A DNA stretch of 20,811 nt from Candidatus Jordarchaeia archaeon. GTDB taxonomy: Archaea; Asgardarchaeota; Jordiarchaeia; Jordiarchaeales; Jordiarchaeaceae. Of this stretch, positions 1-6,639 are shown in pieces (within the stretch, counting starts at the first letter, position 1; the number at the start of each line of letters is the position of its first letter). Where the stretch lies: positions 1 through 20,811 of the forward strand of contig JAHQXB010000020.1 in NCBI GenBank assembly GCA_029856435.1, read 5' to 3'. The notes below the pieces were generated by a model. The model was given only the letters and a program-made list of their open reading frames with translations. It was not told the DNA's origin and did no database searches. The position numbers were made by a program, and so were the translations under genes.

Positions 1-7
1 CTGTTGA

Positions 8-22
8 GAATAAAGTTTAAAG
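8..22 (+). promoter_or_regulatory. Putative BRE/TATA box for the FAD oxidoreductase gene
   Basis: Purine-rich GAATAAAG is followed by TTTAAA (16-21), about 55 nt upstream of ATG 78. This fits the archaeal promoter consensus; the position is inferred. Confidence 0.35.
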
Positions 23-77
23 GGTGGCAAATGGAGTTAAAACACAATTTTTGAATATGTTTTAGGAATTGATTTTC

Positions 78-1466
78 ATGATGGATTATGATTTTGACGC
101 GGTAATTGTAGGTGCCGGTATAGCTGGCTTGGGATGTGGCTCACTTCTGGCTTCAAATGGTTTTAGAGTGGCTGTTTATGACGAGCTTAACTACATTGGG
201 GGCCGAGCCACCACTACGAATTTTAGAGGCTATACCATTGATACTGGTCTCCACGCCCTTTCAAGAGGGGATGTTAGCTCTGTGGCGGATTTGTTGGCAA
301 GAATCAATAGAAAGATTGAACTGGCGGGTTGGTCTGAGGGTGTGAGCGTCTGGGAGAATGACAGGTGGCAGGACATTTCGGAGCTCAGACAAGTTAGCCC
401 TGCCTATAATGAAAACTTCAAGAAAGTGATTAAAGCTGTCATCGAGATCAGCTACCAAGACATAGATAGGTTAGATGATGTTTCACTTAAAGAATGGGTG
501 GAAGGAATAACCGAGGACCAAGATGTCCACGACTTCTTCAATTATCTGGGAATGATGATTACTACTCTAACAGACTGGAAGGAAATGGCGGCAAGCGAAG
601 TAATATACGAAATGAAAAAGAATCTGGAAAAGAAAGGACAGCTTCTCACAGCAGGATTTCCAAAGGGAGGAACCATAAACCTAGTAAAACCTATGGTTGA
701 AACAATTAGGGATAGAGGCGGCATAATCCTGACCGGCACTGGAGTAGACGAAGTGATAATCGAGGATGGAAAGGTTATAGGAGTTACCGTAGAAAATGTT
801 ACCGGAGATGCACCGAAAAACTTTGAGGACTGGTTGATTTACGACACCGAATTTTTGAGAACCAACACTGTGATCTGTGCAGTCCCCATATGGAACCTGG
901 AAGCAATCCTTACATCTGAAGATTTTCCTTCATGGTTCATAAGCAAAATAAACAGCCTAGCCAGAGAAACCTCCTCAGCCATTGGCTACATCCTTGGATT
1001 AGATGAACCCCTCTGGAACGATAATAAATTCCGAGTATCACTAAGCCTACCTCAAACCAATTTACCGCTCCAATGCTACTCCCCCTCAAATATTGACCCA
1101 GACTCTGCCCCAGAAGGAAAATTTCTTTTATCCATGGGCTGCCCCTGCGAAACTGAAAACGCCCTTGACAAATGGTGGGTAAGAGAAGGATTAGAAATCC
1201 TATGGGACGACCTAAACTACATATTTCCAGGTTTGGATGAACATGTGGAATGGACACTTCCTGCAAGATACGTAGGAATAGATGGTTTAGCCAAAAAACC
1301 CGGAATGGTGGGAAAATACAAACCAGACATCAAAGCACCAGGAGTAGATGGACTATACTTCGCAGGAGACACCTATCGGGGAAGAGGAGTGGGAATGAAC
1401 TCCGCAGCAGAATCAGCCATGAAATGCGTAGAGAAAATACTTAAAGACAGAACATCAAAAAAGTAG
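78..1466 (+). CDS. Phytoene desaturase-like (COG1233-type) FAD-dependent oxidoreductase
   Basis: N-terminal Rossmann motif DAVIVGAGIAGLGCG..L...G..V.VYD....IGGR, then IDTGLH, and C-terminal VDGLYFAGD...G.G...AAESA. The ORF track starts at TTG 69; ATG 78 or 81 is more likely. Substrate unknown. Confidence 0.8.
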   Translation: MMDYDFDAVIVGAGIAGLGCGSLLASNGFRVAVYDELNYIGGRATTTNFRGYTIDTGLHALSRGDVSSVADLLARINRKIELAGWSEGVSVWENDRWQDISELRQVSPAYNENFKKVIKAVIEISYQDIDRLDDVSLKEWVEGITEDQDVHDFFNYLGMMITTLTDWKEMAASEVIYEMKKNLEKKGQLLTAGFPKGGTINLVKPMVETIRDRGGIILTGTGVDEVIIEDGKVIGVTVENVTGDAPKNFEDWLIYDTEFLRTNTVICAVPIWNLEAILTSEDFPSWFISKINSLARETSSAIGYILGLDEPLWNDNKFRVSLSLPQTNLPLQCYSPSNIDPDSAPEGKFLLSMGCPCETENALDKWWVREGLEILWDDLNYIFPGLDEHVEWTLPARYVGIDGLAKKPGMVGKYKPDIKAPGVDGLYFAGDTYRGRGVGMNSAAESAMKCVEKILKDRTSKK

Positions 1467-1509
1467 CACCCACCAAGAAAGGATAAAAATAATCCCCCCA
1501 CGCAGCCAG

Positions 1510-1550
1510 TTTATTTTTTTAAATTTTTGTGCATTTTTTTGAATTTTTTG
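1510..1550 (+). terminator. Oligo-T terminator tract
   Basis: Several T5-T8 runs lie 45-85 nt downstream of the stop at 1466, in a convergent intergenic region. Confidence 0.4.
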
Positions 1551-1696
1551 CAATTTTACAATGTATATTTGAAAAATTTTCAGAACTCCAGACAAAAATT
1601 TTGAGTAAAGAAAGATTATGCGGCAAAGGAAAACAATTTTTTGAAGGTGGGGGCGCTACCCGCACCCTCTATTGCCACCTTTCGGGGTTTCTTAGG

Positions 1697-2662
1697 TTAG
1701 TACATTTCTGCTAGTTTTATGATTCTCTTTACGGGATTTGGGTGTGTGGAGAAGAGTTCTGCAAACGCTGAGAATTTTCTCATTTTTGCTTGGTTTGCAA
1801 ATTGTTTCACTTCGTAGGCATCTAGTTTCCCGTCCCTGTTCAGGTCTGCTTCAATAAGCATTCTGATTTCTCCTGTAGCCTTGGTGGGGTCTGTTGCAAA
1901 AAAGGCTTTTACTCCCTCGACTTCTTGGAGAGCCTTTTCATCTAGGTCTTTGCTTGCTAGCACCAGTTTGTAGAGTCCTGAAGCTAGGTTGTATGGTTGA
2001 TTGGTCATTTCTGCGCTGCCTGCATCCGCATAGTATTCTCTTGCCCTGCTTATCCAGAGGACCAGTAGATTAGTTACAAAGTACATGACGAAGGCTACTA
2101 GTCCAATCAGTACAGCGTATCCGGCATTTCTATCTCTTCCCGCTCCCATTCCGCCCCATACAAAGCTTAGGAAGATATAGTAGCATATCAAAGGTATAAC
2201 GCTGATAGCTGTTAGTACGATCATGTCCCGGTGAATTACATGAGATAATTCGTGCCCTATTACGGCTTCTAGTTCACCGTCATCAAGTATTTCTAGTAGT
2301 GGCTTAGTCACTACTACTCGAGCGTCGCTTTTCCATCTTCCAAAGGCGAAGGCGTTGGGAACCCTAACATAGGATACCCCTATTTTGGGCTTCTGTATTC
2401 CCCGCTTCCAAATTAAGCCATCCACTATGCGGTGCAGTCGGGGCTCCTCCTGGGGAGTCACATACTTTACCTTCATAGTCCAACCCACAATGTAGGGACC
2501 GGTAAAGTACTGTATGCCCATGATGACTAAGGCTACGATGACAAACATCCAGGGCTGGAAGTAGCCGAGCAGGTAGGAGATGCCAGCAAGCAATGCAAAG
2601 AGGATTGAGAACAATAGGGCTATTACTAGAAACATTCTCAACTTTAAGCCAAGGGTTCGCAT
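1697..2662 (-). CDS. htpX: HtpX-family M48 membrane zinc metalloprotease with a C-terminal EF-hand-like loop
   Basis: Two N-terminal TM segments, PNAFAFG, GHELSH (HExxH), SRAREYYAD (third Zn ligand Glu) and FSTHP...RI. A GGGTGA ribosome-binding site precedes the ATG. Confidence 0.92.
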   Translation of the reverse strand: MRTLGLKLRMFLVIALLFSILFALLAGISYLLGYFQPWMFVIVALVIMGIQYFTGPYIVGWTMKVKYVTPQEEPRLHRIVDGLIWKRGIQKPKIGVSYVRVPNAFAFGRWKSDARVVVTKPLLEILDDGELEAVIGHELSHVIHRDMIVLTAISVIPLICYYIFLSFVWGGMGAGRDRNAGYAVLIGLVAFVMYFVTNLLVLWISRAREYYADAGSAEMTNQPYNLASGLYKLVLASKDLDEKALQEVEGVKAFFATDPTKATGEIRMLIEADLNRDGKLDAYEVKQFANQAKMRKFSAFAELFSTHPNPVKRIIKLAEMY

Positions 2663-2910
2663 CTATCACCCAACCTCTCACAATTTTTTATTTATTTTCC
2701 TTTATAGGAACGTAAATAGTTTCTGTTTATTAATTTTTCTATGTGGCGCTAAAATGAATTCTGGATTGTTTAACAGTATAGAAATAATCATAAATATAAC
2801 ATTTTAAATTTTAAAATAAAAAATAAATTCTATTAAAAAGCCACTAACAAAACATAAAAAATTCAACTAATACGAGTAACACCTAACCAAAAAACAATAT
2901 ATTCCAGTTG

Positions 2911-3037
2911 AAAGAAAAACGCGGTGTAGATTCATTCGATTTCGCCTCCGAAGGAAGCTTTCGTAGGGCTTCTTTTCTGATTTAGAGCCTCGAAATGAGG
3001 TGTGGAATCGGACTAATCTACATCACCAAAGAAAAAC
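2911..3037. repeat. Exact 10-bp direct repeat AAAGAAAAAC (2911-2920 and 3028-3037) flanking a 107-bp element
   Basis: Both copies are read directly from the sequence and abut the ends of the self-complementary element. An outer inverted repeat TTCCAGT (2902-2908) / ACTGGAA (3039-3045) surrounds them. Confidence 0.75.
2921..3027 (+). ncRNA. Candidate structured small RNA or MITE
   Basis: Hand-folded stems: 2923-2932/3015-3024, 2935-2945/3002-3012, hairpin 2954-2972 and hairpin 2988-3000. Six G-U pairs work only on the + strand. The element is about 47% GC in very AT-rich flanks. I recognise no known RNA family. Confidence 0.45.
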
Positions 3038-3197
3038 CACTGGAAAAATAAATTAACCTCATAATTCACTGTCGATATCTAGAAAACTTTGGTAAATATA
3101 TTAAAGATAGAATATTAGTATGTTTATAGTCACCATTTCATATTTCCAAGAATAACTAAAGTACTTGAAATCATTGAGTTGATTTAAACTTGTAAGA

Positions 3198-4454
3198 TCA
3201 GAACTGTGGACTTTTTGAAACTAGTTGTATACTGCTGGGGAATATTCCTGCTCTGGGAGATGTGCCATATGTTTTTTCGAGTTCTTCAAGCATTTTGTGG
3301 AAATTCTTGTGGAAAATTGTTCTTTTCGGGTAGTAGTGGAGAACATCGGCTCTACTGAGGTTCGGGGAGAAGATTCCGAATGGGTTGTTTGACAGGGCTT
3401 GGAACAATGGGTGTTCGCCCCAATTTTGGTAAAGTCGGCCCCCTGTTTCTCCAATTAAGGAGTGGTATCCACGTCCTTCTGTAGATGCAGTCATAAAAAT
3501 GATGGCTGCCTCACGCTTGAATAGTTCATAGGCGCTGAAAAATATTGGGAACCCCTTTACTGTTTGCGATAGCTCAGTATCCTCGGGGTAGAGGTTGAAA
3601 AATCCAATGTCTAGCCGTTCCTCAGGAGACAATTTCGGTACCTCCGTGTAATAGACTTTATTTGCTAGCTCAACAGCTTTCCTGTGTGCTTCAATGTAGT
3701 GACCTGCAAAAATCCCAGCGATTCCCCGCTTCATGGTAGAAACTAGATTTATACTGAAATCGAGTCCCACCCTGCTGCAAACATCTTCAATGTCTTTCCT
3801 CAGCTCCGTGATAAATCCCAAGCCCACACCAATTCCTTTCAATGCAGCTTGATGATTTGCCTCAAGTGTCTCAATGCCGCAAATTCCAGGCAGTATTATT
3901 TTTGCTCCGCCACCAAAACCCGCTAGCGCATGGGGAATAACCGTCCCCACCGCAATCTTCACGTCTGCCTCATAATAGGTTTTATTTATGTAAATGGGTG
4001 TTCCCCTGTTCGAATATCCCAGAAAGACTAAGTTCTCGTATGGATGATGGTTTTCAACGTTAACGCTTTCCACCACCTTTTCACCCACCTTTTTTATGAA
4101 ATCCTGCCGGGTCATAGGCCTATGTGCCCCAAGAGCTGCTATTAATGTGATATTTTCATTAGACACCCCTGCCTCATTTAACTCCTTTAAAACAATTTCG
4201 CAAACTGGTCCCGCCCTTGTGGGTCGGGAGATGTCCTCCACAACTATCACAGCACTTTTCTTCCCTCGTGCAATCTCTTGAATAGAGGGTGTACCAATCG
4301 GATTTTTTATCGCATTTTCCAATTCTTCCAGACTAGTAATATCCTCCGCGTCGCGCATACAAAATAATTGAATACTCCAAGTGTCAGGAAATTTAAGAAC
4401 ATACTCCTCTTTCCCATACCATGCACTCCAAGGAATTATGACGGACTGCACCAA
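3198..4454 (-). CDS. larA: LarA-family nickel-pincer-nucleotide-dependent alpha-hydroxyacid racemase/epimerase
   Basis: Motifs VEDISRPT (Asp/Arg), ALGAHRP (His), IPHALAGFGGGAK (His, cofactor-binding Lys) and EANH (Ni-ligand His) match the LarA catalytic set. The substrate may not be lactate. TTG/GTG start. Confidence 0.85.
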   Translation of the reverse strand: MVQSVIIPWSAWYGKEEYVLKFPDTWSIQLFCMRDAEDITSLEELENAIKNPIGTPSIQEIARGKKSAVIVVEDISRPTRAGPVCEIVLKELNEAGVSNENITLIAALGAHRPMTRQDFIKKVGEKVVESVNVENHHPYENLVFLGYSNRGTPIYINKTYYEADVKIAVGTVIPHALAGFGGGAKIILPGICGIETLEANHQAALKGIGVGLGFITELRKDIEDVCSRVGLDFSINLVSTMKRGIAGIFAGHYIEAHRKAVELANKVYYTEVPKLSPEERLDIGFFNLYPEDTELSQTVKGFPIFFSAYELFKREAAIIFMTASTEGRGYHSLIGETGGRLYQNWGEHPLFQALSNNPFGIFSPNLSRADVLHYYPKRTIFHKNFHKMLEELEKTYGTSPRAGIFPSSIQLVSKSPQF

Positions 4455-4683
4455 CTCTTCTCACACCCCTTACCACAATTAACAAAATTTTCTCACAGAT
4501 TTTTAACTATAACCCTTTTAAATCATTGATGGTTTAAGCACCAGCACAGTTAACTGGGTGTCACCTTTTCTGTGTAAATTTGGGTTGCATCCTGTCCCGG
4601 GGACCGAAGACCATTCTGAGTTATTCTGCAGGGCAAAAAAGCCGAAAAACAAACAACATGCAGCAGGCGACACCAAATCAATT

Positions 4684-4822
4684 GTGACTAAGCACCAATC
4701 AAATTCGAAACAGTGCTTAAGCCACGAGAACTCTAAAAGGCGTTCTGCGTAGTGCTACCAGCTATCTCACTGGAATTTTGGAAAACAATGTTCTCCACAC
4801 TACGTGACTTGTTTCCAGTGAG
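4684..4822 (-). other. Cluster of stem-loops (possible structured RNA) in a long non-coding region
   Basis: Stem 4684-4695/4713-4725 (12 bp, one bulge) and a perfect 10-bp inverted repeat CTCACTGGAA (4766-4775)/TTCCAGTGAG (4813-4822) enclosing an 8-bp hairpin. A-C mismatches on + become G-U pairs on -. Confidence 0.35.
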
Positions 4823-4907
4823 TATAAGTAACTGAAAATTTTTAGCCTAAATAAAGATCCATGTTTCTAAAATAAAAAGGAGAGGATTAGAGCGTTTGAC
4901 ACCCCCT

Positions 4908-5168
4908 TTAGAAGTTCACTCCTAACAGATTCCACCGTACTTTTAACGAGACCCTTTTTTCTCCAGTCGTTTTAAAACGTAGTAGATTGAGGAGGCTTTG
5001 GGACAAAATTGGTTTTGGCTTTTTCTTCTCAGCTTTTTTGTCATTAGGGGGTGTTATAAGCGGCGAAAAACAATACTCTTTCACTTCGTCAGTGGGATTA
5101 CGCGTCGGAAACACAAACTTTGCCCCAAAGCCGATTGAAGAAAAGCCTATTTCTGTGCAGATGCGCAT
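4908..5168 (-). CDS. Small hypothetical protein (86 aa) or gene remnant
   Basis: ATG preceded by purine-rich GAGGGGAGGGAA, with a Lys-rich central segment. No recognisable domain; may be spurious. Confidence 0.25.
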   Translation of the reverse strand: MRICTEIGFSSIGFGAKFVFPTRNPTDEVKEYCFSPLITPPNDKKAEKKKPKPILSQSLLNLLRFKTTGEKRVSLKVRWNLLGVNF

Positions 5169-5311
5169 TTCCCTCCCCTCAACTATTTTTTCAATCTCCT
5201 AGCCATAAAAACTACTTGCAATAGTAGACTCGAGGATCACAGCCTTTATACCCAATATTAAGTTTTCCGAATTCAATATACGCATGGTTCCATTTTGATC
5301 CCAAGAAAATG

Positions 5312-5335
5312 CGAAATTCAGAAAACAGAATTTCG
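5312..5335. repeat. 8-bp perfect inverted repeat CGAAATTC-N8-GAATTTCG
   Basis: Read directly. It lies about 150 nt downstream of uspA; could be a terminator hairpin or a protein-binding site. Confidence 0.4.
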
Positions 5336-5481
5336 AAAAATAAGATTGATGCACCCGCCGAATCAACTAGGACTTCCATATTTCATAAACAGAAATGCTC
5401 CCAAAATAGTGAATAGATTGAATTTATAGTAAAAAATATTTTTTGCAAAAAGAAATTTTTGGGAGCGATGAAAAAGGTGTT

Positions 5482-5913
5482 TCAGCGTACCACGAGAACA
5501 GGTACACTTGACCATCTTACAATTTTTTCCGCATGGCTTCCCAACACTACTCTCTTAACACCGAGAAGCCCTCTGGTCCCTATCACGATTAGGTCCACAG
5601 CTTCCCTTTTCGCCAGCTCCACTACAACCTCTGCAGGGTCTCCTACCTGTATTATCCTCTTAACTAACACATTTTCCTTATTCGCCTTTTTTTCAACACC
5701 ATTAAGAATATCGTTAGCCCTCTTTTCGAGCGCGTCTTGAACTTTGCAGTAAACATCCCTGTCATTTTCCTCCACACATGATAAGGCGTCCATGTTAACC
5801 ACGGTGACCGCCAAGAGTTCCGCCCCGGTACTCTTACAAAGTTCAATTGCATGATCCACAGCCTTCGCAGAATGTTCAGATCCATCCGTAGCCACCATTA
5901 TTTTACGATACAT
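5482..5913 (-). CDS. uspA: Universal stress protein (UspA family, ATP-binding type)
   Basis: YRKIMVATDGSEHS, GDPAE and DLIVIGTRG..G.....LGS.A..IVR....PVLVVR, including the G-x2-G-x9-GS ATP-binding motif. GGGTGA RBS. Confidence 0.93.
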   Translation of the reverse strand: MYRKIMVATDGSEHSAKAVDHAIELCKSTGAELLAVTVVNMDALSCVEENDRDVYCKVQDALEKRANDILNGVEKKANKENVLVKRIIQVGDPAEVVVELAKREAVDLIVIGTRGLLGVKRVVLGSHAEKIVRWSSVPVLVVR

Positions 5914-6092
5914 ATCATCACCCTACTTTTTAATAAGCAGCGGAGGAACGTTCTACGAACCCCCTATTAAATTTTAGCATAAAAACAATCATAAAAACAT
6001 AACCAAGAATGCGGAAAAACTTTTCAAAAAATGGTTTCGCAAGAAAAAACGTTCAACAGTCTATGAGAAGATTATTTTCTTTGGCGTAGAGG

Positions 6093-6429
6093 TTATTTTG
6101 TGGTGAATAGCTTTGGTGCGAAAAGCTTTCTGATTTCTTCTACTACCAAAACGCTACTGCTGACCAGAAACACTAGGATCCAGTCATTGAGGGGTAAGGG
6201 CATAATTTGGAATAACTCTTGGAAAAACGGAACGCCCGCAATAGAGATGTTCAAGACAATTGAAATAATGAATCTTGCAACAAGGTACTTGTTTGAGAAA
6301 AATCCAATTTTAAAAAAGGGAATATTCTTGAGATCTCATGTTTAAAGCATTGTAGAGCTGGAAGAAAACCAGAGTATAGAAGACCATGGTTCGGGGCTCC
6401 TTATAACCATAGATAAAAAAATCAAGCAT
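6093..6429 (-). pseudogene. 3' remnant of a cation-transporting P-type ATPase (Cation_ATPase_C region), frameshifted
   Basis: Manual translation gives MLDFFIYGYKEPRTMVFYTLVFFQLYNALNMRSQEYSLF* (6429-6310). After a +1 shift in a T6 run it continues KIGFFSNKYLVARFIISIVLNISIAGVPFFQELFQIMPLPLNDWILVFLVSSSVLVVEEIRKLFAPKLFTTK* (6311-6093). This matches the family pattern RTM.F..LVF.QL.N.LN.RS...S.F..G.FSN..L...VP..Q..F...PL....W......EIRK. Confidence 0.8.
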
Positions 6430-6639
6430 TCCCCTCTGTGAAGACCGGCTAAAATTTCTTTTAGGAGCCCGAATTTTTTAATCAAACTTACAAAGATACC
6501 TTTTCCACAACTACGATTTACCGAAGAGGAGCTCCCCCTTACAATTATAGCTGGAGAGAATTCAGAAACTCCAGAGAACGCTGGGGGGAAGGCATAATTT
6601 TTTAATTTTTTTTACTATTTATCTTGATAGGTGTTTGTT

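Noticed and set aside
1644-1681. AAGGTGG/CCACCTT stem just downstream of htpX
   Set aside because: Only 7 bp with a large loop; at most an ordinary 3' end structure.
2801-2817. 17-bp AT-only palindrome ATTTTAAATTTTAAAAT
   Set aside because: Low complexity within a roughly 80% AT tract; not significant.
2923-2932. GTGTAGAT resembling the 3' end of a Cas12a direct repeat
   Set aside because: No repeat-spacer array and no cas or tnpB gene in the window; an 8-nt match is expected by chance.
2976-3000. CTGAT...GAAA resembling a hammerhead ribozyme core
   Set aside because: CUGAUUUAG does not fit CUGANGA, and the GAAA lies in a hairpin loop rather than at the junction.
4580-4660. GGGACAG on the - strand upstream of a nickel enzyme, recalling the NiCo riboswitch 3' end
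   Set aside because: The matching 5' CUGAGCAGG element and the four-way junction could not be built by eye; only cmscan could revive the idea.
4558-4752. 64-aa + strand ORF
   Set aside because: No RBS and no domain; it overlaps the stem-loop region.
6100-6345. 81-aa + strand ORF in the track
   Set aside because: It is the antisense shadow of the P-type ATPase remnant on the - strand.
6447-6597. Start-less open frame on + (..KIPFPQLRFTEEELPLTIIAGENSETPENAGGKA*) and a CTGGAG/CTCCAG inverted repeat
   Set aside because: No start codon or recognisable homology, and 6-bp arms are within chance; at most another decayed fragment.
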